From Octopus vulgaris (Eukaryota), in assembly GCA_951406725.2 (NCBI GenBank), contig OX597815.1, positions 117,986,001-118,050,000 of the forward strand: a stretch of DNA of 64,000 nucleotides, in the 5' to 3' direction. Shown here piece by piece: positions 28,521 to 42,303 of this stretch. The notes under the pieces were generated by a model that saw nothing but the letters and a program-made list of their open reading frames with translations, was not told where the DNA came from and ran no database searches. How positions within the stretch are numbered: the stretch's first letter is position 1; the number at the start of each line of letters is the position of its first letter. Position numbers and translations under genes: made by a program.

Positions 28521-28777
28521 ATGTGTGTGTGTGTCTGTGTGCGTGCGTGTGTGTGTGTATAGTCAAATTAGGTATACGCATATACGGTACTATGTATCAT
28601 CCGTATGTCTATGAACAACGACGTATATTTCAAAGCATCTTTTGACATGTTCATCGTCAAATATTTTCATGCATAGTATGTGTGAGTTAGTATTTATAGG
28701 TATGGGTATGTAAGTTTTGAAAGTTTTAATGTCTAAGTACGCCAGTGTATACATACGTATTGGAAGAATGCTCTTAA

Positions 28778-28953
<176 letters not shown>

Positions 28954-29087
28954 TTTGTATCTTTTCATGTGTTTTGCTCGCTTACGTTCTCGCGTTTGCT
29001 AAATTTTCTTCAGAACATTTCTTTCTTAGTGGTAAGACCATAGCGGATCTTCTTCTAGCATAATGGATTTCCACTTACAAGTCATCC

Positions 29088-29122
<35 letters not shown>

Positions 29123-29312
29123 CAACTGAAGGACATGTGTGTGTGTGCGAGGATGTGTAAGCATATTTCTATGTATATGCGCGTGTGTCTATGAGCAGAT
29201 CCATCTATGTATTAATGTATTTGCGTATGTAGAGAACTGTTTGTATCTAAGCAAGAGTGATTCCTACGAAACGGAGATATTTATATTCCCTCTTTCATCC
29301 GTTCTCAATGCA

Positions 29313-29384
<72 letters not shown>

Positions 29385-31653
29385 AAGCAAGAGATAAGAC
29401 ACAAACGTTTTGCTAGACATTATTTCGTCGTCTACTTAAATATAAGTGGAAAATAATAGCTTTTGTCTTGCCGCGGAGAATAGTATATTATGGTTACAAT
29501 TTTGCTTTATATTCAATCTAATTATTCTTGTGAAAAGCAACAAAATGCTGCCGCTTTTTGTTTCTTTATGTATCTTACACTTTCCAGCTGACCACATGTG
29601 TTTTAAGAGCAATCTTGAAAGGACAGTCACGTGATCAATTCAGTCCTTGACATTTTCTCTTACCCTTCCCGCTTTATTGATGGCATCGTAATCTCACAGT
29701 GCCACCACTTCAGAAAACATCAGTACAGTCTAAGAAAAAAAGAAATAATAAAAAGGTCATGCCTGATTTAGTTTTCGATGTTCTTAGAAAGTATAATCTT
29801 AGGCATTTGGTTTGTAGTTGGTTATTCTTATGTTTGACACAATAAAAGAATTATATTTGTATTGCTTTTGTAATTACAAACTGTTTATCTAATCACGTGA
29901 TATTTGGTATTCAAGGCTATGAAATATTCCATGACTTCATTTCTTTCATTCTTTCTTTCTTTCTTCCTTTCTTTCTTACATTCTTTCTCTCTTTCTTTCT
30001 TTCTTTATTTATTTATTTATTTATTTAGCCCTTTGGTATTTCAGAAAAAAAAAATCACTAGCGTTGCCAACCGCAGAACAAAATGCTAAACAGAAAGAGC
30101 TAAATATTTCTATTTCAGCAAAAGGTTTACGTATAGATGTATACAAATAGTATATGAAGAGGTGCTCTTAAAATATATATGAGCATGTATGCGTGAATTG
30201 AAAATTAATGCAATATTTGAAAGTGCGTGTGTGTGTGTGTGTGTGTGTGTGTTTAATATTACCGCTGCTAATTTCTATATTTAATCGTTGTTAGAATTTG
30301 ATTTATTCTTAATCTTTTTCTTCTTATTCGTTATTCCGAGATAATGCAATACCAGGTCCATAATTGCTTTTCGACTGTAGGTTAGAGCTAATTTAGAGAA
30401 ATAAATGTTTATGCTGAATTGCTGTGGATTAATGATTGGAGGAAACGCCTACATTAAGAAGGAAGTTTTATGCAATTCTGTCGAGTAATAAGTGGGTAGA
30501 GTGTTTAGTCAGAGTGTAAGATACATTGATGATGTTAAATAAGAGGAAATGGTTAACTGGTTTTTGCTTAGATAGCAGTAAGAGGTTCAAATAATCTAGA
30601 CTAGTGTTAACAGACTTTTTTTTTTATGGTTTAATCAGAGAAAGAATTAGAGCGTCCTTAACCTTTTCAAGCCTCTGTGACTGACGGCAAGAATTGAAGT
30701 CATTATCAGACCAAAGACCTGGTTCGAACGTTTCCAGCCGAGTGGATTCTACTAAAGGCATCCAATGGCCACCAGGTGGTAGTGTTAAACAGAGCCACAG
30801 AATTAGTCTGCCATCACAAGAACAGGCATGCTACCGAGCCAAGCAATCCGCGTTTCGGAAGTATCAAAGGTGTTCGTTAACTCTTCGAAGAAGCTGAAGT
30901 CGTCGTTCAGTCAAAAGCTGATAAAGGAAATATTCCGCAGTGTAAACTATGTGTAACGTATATGTATGTGTATATGTGAGAGCGTGTCAGTGTTGTAGCT
31001 TTGCTTTAAAACGTTATATCGAGATTATGACTGTACTCGAGGTTGATCTTTTTCATTAAGCACCTTTCGTATTTTCTAGCTGTTGTTTAGTTTGGAGCTA
31101 TAAATTTCCTCGATCTTATATTCTGGGTTAAGTGATTGTTCTTGGGTTTAATTATTGCCATTTTTAAGGGCAGTGGATTGATTAGCATAATCGATAGTCG
31201 GGAAAAATACATTGTAGTATTCTTTACGGCTCTTCACATTCTGAAATCAAATTCTGTCAAGTTTATTCCGAAGCCGATAAAGTAAAGTTCCAGTCAAGTA
31301 CCATGGAATCGATTATTTCCACCTCACCCAAAGTAAGAATCATAGAAATGATGTTGTTACTGATTAAATCGACATCGCCAATTTGCTTTTTTTAATTTCT
31401 TATTTGGCGACCGTTAATTCCGTACTTGCTGCTTTCATTAATTAGTGTCTGTTCTTAATTTGTTACTCAGGAGCTGTACTATTATGTTTTAATTTTTGGT
31501 TTATTGTTTGCTATCAATAAAGTTACCATAACTATTTTTCTTTCTCTTATTATTAAGAATCCTATATACGATGGTTTTGTTGGCGTTTTACTTCCAGTTT
31601 TCTTTCGTTTCCTGTAGAACATGTAGTCTCGTTTATCACTGATCCAGGGTAAC

Positions 31654-32092
31654 ACAGTTCGCTCAACTGTGAACCATGTTCAGCTTATCACGGATTGCTC
31701 GTACCGCAAAAACTTGCGCCAGCGACTACCCAAAATGCTCAGCTGCCCAGGATGCGCTGGCTATCTCTTATGTTTTTATGACGGTGCTGCTAATCTGCGT
31801 ATTCCTTAAATCGATTTACGTGTTCTTACCCATTAACATGAGACCAGTGGAAAGAAAAAATATGAATGCTGACAAACGACGTAGCCGAGCGCATTCTATA
31901 CTGGAAAAGCTAAAGACGATTCAAAAATATGCAATAGTGAAAGCTTCGCAGCTGTAGGCAACGAACATGGTGTCAATGAATATAGTATTCGTTCCATTTA
32001 AGAGATAATGGTGATGCTTCATTTATCACGGATTCATGTATTATTGTGATTTTAAAAAAAAATCAAACACCCATGATAAACGAGAACACGTA
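31654..32092 (+). mobile_element. Tigger/pogo deletion derivative with a relic N-terminal psq-type HTH
   Basis: HSILEKLKTIQKY/(frameshift)NSESFAAVGNEHGVNEYSIRSI* matches the pogo 'EKL.II....G.S.A.V...GVNESTIR.I' pattern; subterminal ttatcacggatt repeats and right end aacacccatgataaacgag. Confidence 0.65.
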
Positions 32093-32563
32093 TTATATTT
32101 TGCACTCGCTCCTTGTAACTGCATGTTCAGTAGGCGAGAAAATGTACTTGTTTTTGTCTGTTTGTCAGTTTGAAACAACATTTACATTTTTTCATTTTTA
32201 CACTCAAATTTACGTTGCATTAGTCATCCGAGGAATGATTTCTGACTTATGAATTTACGGTTTCCTGTTGATGAGTAGGTTTTGAATTCCGGTATTTATT
32301 TCAAATAGTTCTTACTGTTAATTAATGTTTGTGTGTAATTACATGTTGTGTTGTGTTCTATGAGATGTGGAGTGTAGATATAAGTTAATATTATATATAT
32401 TATAATATAATATAATATAATATAATATATTCAAGACAAATGACGTTTCACTTCGAGTTTCAAAATTCCAAAGAAACATCACTAGTCCTATAAGTTTCAA
32501 CTTGATAAACATATACGTATATATATGTATGTATGTGTATGCACACACACACACGCACACACG

Positions 32564-32596
<33 letters not shown>

Positions 32597-32609
32597 GTGT
32601 GTGTGTGTT

Positions 32610-32836
32610 TGTGTGTGTGTATCTTTGTGTTTCTATTTGTCCCCCACTACTGTTTGACAACCGGTGTTGGCTTGTTTACGTCCCTGTAATTTAACGGCTC
32701 GGCAGAATAGACCAATAGCACAAATACTAGGCTTTAACAAAATAAGTACTGCGGCCGATTTCTTCGATTTAAACACTTCCAGGCGATACCCCAGCATGGC
32801 CGCAGTTCAGTGACTGAAACAAATAAAAGATGAAAG
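32610..32836 (+). mobile_element. SINE family A, 3' half
   Basis: ttgacaaccggtgttgg..cccagcatggccgcagttcagtgactgaaacaaataaaaga. Confidence 0.82.
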
Positions 32837-32869
32837 ATATATACTTATATGTATGTAGATACATGTAAA

Positions 32870-32981
32870 TATATGCATGTGTGTATTTATGTATGCATAT
32901 GTACGTGAGCGTCTTTGTATGTATGTGTATGTATGCATGTATGTATGTATGTATGTATGTATGTGTATGTATGTATGTATG

Positions 32982-33012
<31 letters not shown>

Positions 33013-33390
33013 GTGCGTGTTTTGTTGTATACTCTGATGTTTTCTGTAGCATACTAAATAATTCAGTGATACACTGCATTTACCTTTTGCAAGCATCTCA
33101 AAATATAATTTACAAATTATAATTCAATTGTTGTGGTCTCTACATCACACGAATTTGGGTTAGCATTCTTTGTAATCAAATTCACAAAGTTGCATAATAT
33201 TTTATCATTTTAATCTTTCTTACAGTGATCAGTACATATGTGTGTGTATGTGTATATGCATTTTATAAACATACATGCATACAGACATATATGCGTACAA
33301 ACACAAACATTTGTATGTATGTATGTATACATATATATGATGATGATATATATGTATATATATATACATATATAAACATATATATATGTA

Positions 33391-33421
<31 letters not shown>

Positions 33422-33527
33422 ATATATATAATATATATCTATATGTATGTATATATATATAAAATATATATATGCATACATAAATATATATATACATATA
33501 CATATATACAAACATACATATATATGT

Positions 33528-33559
<32 letters not shown>
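32870..33559. repeat. (GTAT)n and degenerate (TA)n/(TG)n arrays
   Basis: Direct reading. Confidence 0.9.
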
Positions 33560-33560
<1 letters not shown>

Positions 33561-33893
33561 AAGACGCATGGCTCAGTGGATAGAGCGTCGAGCTTACGAT
33601 CGTGAGGTTGTGAGTTCGAATCACGGACCGGGCTGCGTGTTGTGTTCTTGAGCAAGACACTTTATTTCACGTTGCTCCAGTTCTCTCAGCTGCAGAAGTG
33701 AGTTGCGATGTCGCAGGTGCCAAGCTGTATCTGCTGTTGCCTTTCCCGTGGATAACACTGGTGGCGTGGAGAGGGGAGAACGGTATGCATGGGCGACTGC
33801 TGGTCTTCCATAAACAACCTTGCTCGGACTTGCACCTGGGTGGGTAACTTTCCAGGTGCAATCCCACGGTCAGTCATGACCAAAGGGGGTCTC
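33560..33893 (+). mobile_element. SINE family C (tRNA head, Meta/V-like box), well preserved
   Basis: A box tggctcagtgg, B box gagttcgaatc, then gtgttgtgttcttgagcaagacacttt. Confidence 0.88.
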
Positions 33894-33975
33894 AGCATAT
33901 ATATATATATTATCTCGTAATTTTTCGCACAGGATACTGAGCTTTATTCACAATTGTATCGAATTATACATATGT

Positions 33976-34052
33976 GTGTTGTTCTTGTAGTTGTTCTTGT
34001 AGTAGTAGTAGTAGTTGTTGTTGTTGTTGTTGTTGTTGTTCTTGTTGTTCTT

Positions 34053-34103
<51 letters not shown>

Positions 34104-34168
34104 AGAAGAAGAAGAAGAAGAAGAAGGCCTTAAATTTGGTTGGGCAGAGGTATCCATATACACACACG

Positions 34169-34220
<52 letters not shown>
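33976..34220. repeat. compound (GTA)n(GTT)n(GAA)n plus (CA)n
   Basis: Direct reading. Confidence 0.95.
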
Positions 34221-34221
<1 letters not shown>

Positions 34222-35130
34222 TCAGCCAATAGGCCAATTGTTTGCTTTTGGATATTTTGGCGTTTGCCATCTGGCCATAGTGCGCCATCAGACCGATGAT
34301 GAATCGAGGAAGAGCATCGTTACCAATACCTCTTTATCGTAACCTTTGTGCTAATCCGTCTAAACTATTCTAGAACAAGCTTTCTGGTCATGTGTGTAAC
34401 GTAGCGGTTCAGTCGATTTTCGTCGCGCGCTCATTTTGAATACTACACATTTTGTTGCACAATATCTTCTTTAGTATTTAAGGCCCAACCGTCTGAGGTA
34501 ATTTTAGAGCAAGAAGGAAGCTAGAAGCATTTTCCCTCTTTCAATTCGATTTCACCCTTCAATCCTTCGATTGGTGATACGTGTCTATGTACAGGATTGC
34601 TGTTGACGCCGCTGCTGCGGTTATTGTTTGTTTGTTGTTGTTGTTCGAATCAATTTAAATTGTTCAAAAATGATGACATTTTCTGTCTGAAATTCATTAT
34701 TTTTCATTTGTGAAATAAATGTATTTTGTTAAGAAATTTCTTTCCGTTTCTTTTTTCTTTTTTCTTCTTTTCCTGTTTACTGTCTAAAACGTTTTTTTTT
34801 TTTTTCGTTCGATTAGCCTTTGTGAGTAGGCAACAGTTTTAGACGCAATAGCCATTTTGTTTGTTTACTACTGACAGAAGTGAATTTTTTTTCTCTCCGT
34901 AAATCATAAATTCCCTCAACTAAAACAAGGGGTGAGGATGGAATTAATACAAAACAATTAAGATCTCTATTTTTGTGTTTACAAAAATATTTTTTCCATA
35001 ATTACACTTCGTAAAATTCCACTATAAAGGAGAACTAGACAAAACAACTCTGACAGCTATTGATGGAAGAAATTGTTCTTGTTGTAGCTGCAGCTACTAT
35101 TGCTACTGCTGTTGCTGCTGCTGGTGGTGA

Positions 35131-35580
35131 AGGCGGTGAACTTGCAGAGTTTTTTGCGCATCGGTCAAACTGCTTAGCGGTATGCCATCCGTCTTTACGC
35201 TCTGAGTTCAAATTCGGCCGAAGTCGAATTTACCTTTCATCCTTTCGGGGTCGATAAAATAAGTACCAGCTGAGCACATGGGGTCGATATAATCGACTAA
35301 CCCCCTCCCACAAAAAATTCAGGCCCTATGTTCGTAGTAGAAAGAATTATTATTAAAGCGGCGAACTGGTAGAATCGTTAGCACGCCGGGAAAAATGCTT
35401 AGCAGCATTTCATCTGTCCTTATGTTTTGAGTTCAAATTCCGCCGAGTTTGACTTCGCTTTTCATCTTTCGGGGTCGATAAATTAAGCACCAGTGAAACA
35501 CTGGGGTCGATGTTACTGACATACCCCCTTCCCACAAATTTCAGGCCTTGTGCCTATAGTAGAAATGATTATTATTATTA
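35131..35580 (+). mobile_element. two tandem family B SINEs separated by (ATT)n
   Basis: Copies at 35131-35352 and 35356-35580, both with the aggcc.t.tg..c.tagtagaaa tail. Confidence 0.9.
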
Positions 35581-36382
35581 CTAGCAGAAAGACCGCCCTC
35601 CGGGTGGATTTCTGCTAACCACTCGATAATACTTCCACATTTGATTCCCAATTCTACTAATTTTTATGATATTTTATGTTTAATTATTTTCTTGTATTAT
35701 AGTGCTCACTTGCTTAGTAGATATTGCTTTTGTTATTGTATCATAATCATAATCTCTCTTTTTTAAACAAACATCAAGGTAGTCCAACTACGTTTAATGT
35801 GCCAAAAAATAGCAGCGATCACATAGGGATATTTTACTACCGATATCGTATCCACCAGCCATATCAGCAAATTCACTTGCTAATTCTTAGATAATGATGG
35901 AAAGGAAATAAGCCATATGAGTTCGAAGCTTCAGTAAATTTTAATAAGTTTTCCAATATAATTTATTTTCAGTATGTTTAAACAATGAACTGAGGGCATT
36001 TATACAGCGAATTTAAGTGAACAAAATACCGGATTTCCTCATCTGAAATAACGAAATAAAACTTGAAATGTATTAAGTAGATTATTATTCATGAAAACAA
36101 TTAGGGGTGGGAGAGAGAGAGAAAGTGAGAGACTGTGTTGCAAATGAAAATGAAAAAATTTGCCAGAACATATTAATATTGTTTATAAAATGTTTTAAAC
36201 CTACTCTGCAGTGAACGTAAAGCTTGGCAACAAATATTTAAATTTGTGATAGTACATAATAACAGACGCTTCAAAAGCGCCTCTATTAATAGAGGAATTT
36301 ATAAAACTTTTCCAGAGAGTCAAACCTATTATTGAGGGTGTGACTAACTAACTAACGGACATCACAGAAATTTATATGTAGA
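35581..36382 (-). mobile_element. non-autonomous Helitron
   Basis: Minus strand starts A|TCtacatataaattt and ends with hairpin ccacccggagggcgg followed by tctttctgCTAG|T; no TSD. Confidence 0.7.
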
Positions 36383-36724
36383 TATATAGCTGAGTCAATC
36401 TGTTTTATATATTTATTAATAATAATTAGTAGAACTTAGATAGTTGCGCATAGACAGATAGCTAGATACGCGCGCGCGCACACATACATACACACACACA
36501 CATACACTCACGTAAGTTTGGTGCTGTGAGAACACATGGGAATGGCATTTCCTTACTTTTTCAAATATACCCAAATTTAAAATGATCTAATATAACGATA
36601 TCATTCATCCGGCATGTGTTGAAATATGCCAAAACGATTTAATTCCTCACAAATATATGTTACTTTACATATAATTTATGTGTTAATTCTATTTATTGAA
36701 ACTTGTTAAAAAGCATATTTTGCT

Positions 36725-36949
36725 TTAAAGTAGTATCTCCTTGTAGACACAATTGTCAATAATCATACTGTTTCCATTTCTCTCAGCCAATATTTTTATA
36801 TTAGCCTTCTTTCGAACTCTAGATAATGCAACATACAGCTGACCATGTGAGAAGAATTGTGTTGGAAGATATATTCCAATTTGCTCAAAAGTTTGTCCTT
36901 GTGCCTTGTTGCACGTCAAGGCAACAGCTGGCTTGACAGGAAATTGCTG
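36725..36949 (-). pseudogene. Helitron Pif1-type helicase C-terminal fragment
   Basis: QQFPVKPAVALTCNKAQGQTFEQIGIYL...FSHGQLYVALSRV...NCVYKEIL*: helicase motifs V/VI and the typical Helitron RepHel end. Confidence 0.9.
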
Positions 36950-37035
36950 TGGAGTTGGAGTCGAAATCGAGTCAATTTTTGTGTTTTAGGAGTCAGAGTC
37001 GAAGTCGTTGAAAAACAACTAACTCCGACTCTTCA
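36946..37035. mobile_element. hAT-like terminal fragment with GGAGTC-type subterminal repeats
   Basis: gctgtggagttggagtcg..ggagtcagagtcgaagtcg..actccgactc. Confidence 0.55.
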
Positions 37036-37730
37036 AAAATATACTGTTTATTTGATAAAATATATTTAATTATGTTTTATAATAGAACATAATCAAATAA
37101 AAACTAAACAATAATAGAAAGAAGTGGCTGTAAATATATTCAAATTAAGAATTAGCTATACACTATGACTTACATCCAGAGCTAATAATAAGATTGCTCA
37201 AATTTATCGTTTGAGAAACATGCAAATGTAGTGGACTGCATCACAGCCAACTATAATGAGTGTAATCTGCAATCAATATTAGTGAGCCGTGAATTGCGTC
37301 AGTTGTAAACATCACCTTGACTGAAGCGAATGGTTGCTTCTGCACGTATTGCATCAACTTTCAAATTGAAAGATGATGCAATTTGAGCACAAGCAGCCTA
37401 TGAAGTTTACATTTTAAGATTGTTAAATGAAGTGTTTCAATCGAAAAGAACTAAATTAAGGGAAACTTTTATGCATGTATTCTTTCACATGTTTGTAAAA
37501 TGTTTCGTAGGATTATGAAAATAAAATTGTAAAAATGAAAGTAGCATTCAAGGTTTCTGCACAAATTGTTCAGCTAACGTTAAAAACATCTAGAAGATAC
37601 TAGATAGTCATTTACAACGATAATTTGATTCCGTTTCTTTCGTTTTGAATGTTAAAATTTTGAAGAATTTTGTTTTTTTATTTTCAGTATATTTCTTTAA
37701 TGCCACTGTGACTTCAATTCTAACTGTTTG

Positions 37731-37887
37731 TGTGGCTGTGTGGTAAGTAGCTTGCTAACCAACCACATGGTTCCGGGTTCAGTCCCACTGCGTGGCATCT
37801 TGGGCAAGTGTCTTCTGCTATAGCCCCGGGCCGACCAATGCCTTGTGAGTGGATTTGGTAGACGGAAACTGAAAGAAGCCTGTCGTA

Positions 37888-37975
<88 letters not shown>

Positions 37976-38184
37976 TGTGTCTGTGTTTGTCCCCCTAGCA
38001 TTGCTTGACAACCGATGCTGGTGTGCTTACGTCCCCGTCACTTAGCGGTTCGGCAAAAAGAGACCGATAGAATAAGTACTGGGCTTACAAAGAATAAGTC
38101 CCGGGGTCGATTTGCTCGACTAAAGGCGGTGCTCCAGCATGGCCTCAGTCAAATGACTGAAACAAGTAAAAGAGTAAAAGAGTA
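37731..38184 (+). mobile_element. SINE family A, young near-full-length copy with internal (TA)n(TG)n
   Basis: Clear A and B boxes, CORE-like tcttgggcaagtgtctt, internal microsatellite 37886-37980, tail (gtaaaaga)n. Confidence 0.93.
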
Positions 38185-38367
38185 TTACGGTAATCTAACC
38201 ATGCTTACTGTTAAGCACTAATTGTAATTTATGCAGTCAGTGTTTTTGACGTTTGATTTTTTTTCCGAATTAAATATTGTTTACATTTCCATTGACGTTG
38301 TTGATGTTGACAGTCCCTACAATATGGAAAGGAAAAAAAACAAATATATAGATTATTATTATTATTT

Positions 38368-38425
<58 letters not shown>

Positions 38426-39037
38426 CATCAGCAGCAGCGGCCGTTGTAATAGAAGTAGCAGTATTGTACATATATGTTTATATTATTCATTCATTTCCAC
38501 GTTATTCTCTCTCACGTTATTCATTTCCCCCTCTCTCTCTCTCTCTCCTTCTTTCTGTCACCGGCTCTCTTTCCTACCTAATTCTCTCTTTGTCCCCATT
38601 TCCCCTCTCTCCTCCCCAGTCTTTCTCTCATCTCTCTCATCACAAAAATAACAATATCAATCTCCAAAACATTGGCATAATTACTACCTTGGTATTGCAT
38701 CCGTTTTCACTGACAGGTCTGTTTACCTGCTGATTTCTTGCAAGCACCCTAATCCACCCCATACCTTATATTTCTACTTCCTTTCTGTCTTCCATTTCCC
38801 GTAAAAGCACACTACGGTTCCTCACAAGTTTGCCGTAACCTTTCCAAGAGCCGAGAACAACTGTCATTTAACATAATGTAATTCAATATTTCATAAATGA
38901 AAATGCACCAGCATAACAGAACCACAGTTTGGCAGACACAACAAAGCAAGGCTGGCAGAAATACCAAGTAATGGGTGTAGATGTAAATGAAATGTATGGC
39001 AAAGCAACAACAACAACAATAATAATGATGATGATAA

Positions 39038-39722
39038 TCCTTTCTATTAAAGGCATAAAGGCCAGAAATTTGAGGGGAGGGGGACTAGTCGATTACATCA
39101 ACTCCAGTGTTTCACTGGTACTTAATTTATCAATCCCGAAAGGATGAAAGGATGAAAGGCAAAATCGACCTCGACGGAATTTGAACTCAGAACGTAAAGA
39201 CGGACGAAATGCCGTTAATCATTTTGCCCGGCGTGCTAGCGTTTTTGCCAGCTTGCTACCTTAATAATTATTTCTACTCTAGGCGCAGGGCCTTGAAATT
39301 TTGGAGGAAGGAGGCTAATCGATTACAGCGAGCCCCAGTACGTAACTGATACTTAATTTATCGACCCCGAAAGGACGAAAGGCAAAGTCGACCTCGGCGG
39401 AATTTGAACTCAGAACGTAGCGGCAGACGAAATACCTATTTCTTTACTACCCACAAGGGGCTTAACACAGAGAGGACAAACAAGGACAGACAAACGGATT
39501 AAGTCGATTATATCGACCCCAGTGCGTAACTGGTACTTATTTAATCGACCCCGAAAGGATGAAAGGCAAAGTCGACCTCGGCGGAATTTGAACTCAGAAC
39601 GTAGCGACGTTGCCTTTCATCCTTTCAGTGTCGATAAATTAAGTACCAGGTGAGTACTGGGATCAATGTAATCGACCATCTCCCTCCCCCAAATTTCAGG
39701 CCTTGTGCCTATAATAGAGAGG

Positions 39723-39781
<59 letters not shown>

Positions 39782-39838
39782 ACGCCGAGTTCGATTTTAC
39801 CTTTCATCCTTTCAGGATCGATAAAAATGTACCAGTTC
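39038..39838. mobile_element. cluster of family B SINEs: three in tandem on minus (39038-39262, 39263-39436, 39437-39607), then plus-strand copies
   Basis: Repeated gaccccgaaaggatgaaaggcaaagtcgacctcggcggaatttgaactcagaacgt; orientation switches at about 39608; (ATT)n at 39724-39780. Confidence 0.92.
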
Positions 39839-40605
39839 AAGGGCGGTGGATTTGTAAAAGCTCAAGAACGTCGGACCCCTGGCGGTATTTGTTCTGGCTC
39901 TTTAAGTTCTGCGTTGAAAGGTCACCATAGCCTTCTGGGGTGACAGACTTAATCCGTCATCCAGTTTAACTTCACCACTTGGGTAACTTTAGCGGAGTTC
40001 CCTTTTAAGCTTTGGAGCGAGGTTCCAGTTTGCGGATATCTTCTTCCCTTTCTCAAAATAGTCTGCTATGTCCTGTAAAATGTTATGGGCACAGCCTATC
40101 ATTTGCTTAAAAGATAAAATTAAAAAAAGACATTGTCCTACGTATTCATTCTGTTTTAAGACACTAGGGAACTTGAGAGGCCTTAGTTGTTATTTCAAGC
40201 ATGTCAAACAATTGCATTGCATGCAACCGTTAACATGCTTGAAATAACAACCCCTCGTTTTATTTAGGTAGTTTACAGTTGTAAGCAGATGACTGCACGA
40301 CACTGATGGATTAGAATACATGATTTTATGAAAAAACCAAGAGTACTTCTTTCATATTTTATAAATTAAACTATATTTTCAGCATGCCTATCGCCCTCTC
40401 ATGGCCGTTAATACAAAGGAAAGTAACTATCTTCTTAGCATGTGTAGTGAGTTATTTTGTTTTCTGGGAATTTTTCAAGCAATGCTTATGACTAACAACA
40501 AAAGCAATGTCAGTTGTTATCAGTAAATGGACTTTGAAAGGTTTGTTCTGTTTTTATATTTTTCGTTGTTAATTTTTGCAGTATTTTAATACGAACAATT
40601 TATTA

Positions 40606-40631
40606 ATATTATTATTATTGCTACTATTTTA

Positions 40632-40663
<32 letters not shown>

Positions 40664-40880
40664 GTTGTTGTTGTTGTTGTTGTTACTATTCTATTCTATT
40701 ATTATTACTATTATTATTATTATTATTATTATTTTATTATTATTATTATTATTGGCGGCAAAAGAAAGATTCATCATCATCATCATCATCATCATTATCA
40801 TCATCATCATCATCATCATCATAATCATCATCATCATCATCATCATCATCAGCATCATCATCACCACCATCATTATTATT
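40606..40880. repeat. (ATT)n/(GTT)n/(ATC)n compound array
   Basis: Direct reading. Confidence 0.95.
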
Positions 40881-41464
40881 GAAGCGATGGGCTGGGAGAA
40901 TTGTTAACATACCAGGCAAAACGCTTAGCGTCTTTACGTTTGAGTTCAAATTCCGCCCTTACCTCGTCGCTTGAAATAGCTGACCTTGAGCCAAAATTTG
41001 ACACCGTTATTATTGTTATTGTGGTGGTGGTGGTGGTGGTTGCGGGGTACACGTTATGTTTGGGCGACGGAAAAGATCATTTTGAGACAGATCATGTTCG
41101 TTTTATTTTTAGTAGTTTTGTTTGAAGGATCAAGTGTCAAGTTGTCGTTACTGTAAAAATAATCAGCTTAGAATAGTAAAGTTTTCGCAAGAATATTTTG
41201 ATTTATGACATTTGATTTTATATAAATAAAATTAACAACTTTAGGCAAGAATGCTATCGGCACTCACACTTTCACGACTGTATTGCTTATCTACATTTCT
41301 TTATTCACCCATCATATCAATGTGTGATGGATTAGTATCTTCTCTCGATATTAATAGAAACGAAAGCAACTGGAAAGGAAAAAACATCCACGTACACAAT
41401 ATTGTTAAGAGGACACAAGGTTATTCTAGAAGTTGAAATTTAGAATGTTTCGCGTTATGAGAAG

Positions 41465-41635
41465 AAAATGCTGAGCGGCATTTCGTCCGGCTCTTTACAT
41501 TCTGGATTTAAATGCCGCCAAGTTCGACTTTGTTGTCCTTTTGCCGTTGTGGTCGATACCATAAATCATTAGTTGAGTACTGTAATCGACTTGCCCATCC
41601 CTTCCAAATTTCTGACTTTGTACCAAAATTAAGAA
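41465..41635 (+). mobile_element. SINE family B, diverged
   Basis: aaatgctgagcggcatttcgtcc..taatcgactt..ttgtaccaaaatt. Confidence 0.7.
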
Positions 41636-41814
41636 GATCTAACAACTTATACGGCCTTTCGTGATCGGGACAGGAAATAAAGATTTACCATTATCTTCCA
41701 TGAGACTTAGAAAAAGGAAATGGTGCTTCCATTCTCACATTTCTGTCTTCTTTGTCTTATCAAAGATTTGTCATAGAGTGAAATTTAAAACCCCCTAACT
41801 GAAAACAAAACACC

Positions 41815-41879
<65 letters not shown>

Positions 41880-41882
<3 letters not shown>

Positions 41883-42303
41883 TTGCTAAACCCTTTATTG
41901 CTTAGTATTACTTAAATTTTCCTCGAATGAGGCTTTTACATGCCGAAGACTACTTGGTGTAATTGATAATTATTCCAAATGAATTAATTTCACCCTTCAT
42001 TATTACGGATAACCATATTTTATCTCAGTAGATGACCACAGCATCTTGTTTTGGCTACACGCGGGTGGGAAGGGGCTGGTGACACAATCTTTTCATTCAC
42101 ACTTTGAATTTGGTGATACTAGTTGCGGATTCTAGCTCGCTCTGATACTGAGTTGAGTTGGTGCCTTCTAGTATCTCAAAATTCAATATATAATCATTTA
42201 TGATCTCCCTTTTTAGTAGAAGAAATAGCTATAACTCTTTGACTGCTATTTCTAAATTCGGTCTGTGGTAAGGCAATTCGTTGCTAAACCCTTTATTGCT
42301 TAG

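Noticed and set aside
30661-30960. GC-balanced island with a 67-aa ORF
   Set aside because: No recognisable motif, stops in the other frames, and no convincing acceptor/donor pair.
33560-33640. tRNA-like sequences (also near 37731, 52330 and 59832)
   Set aside because: A and B boxes are present but there is no complete acceptor stem, and each continues into a repeated SINE body.
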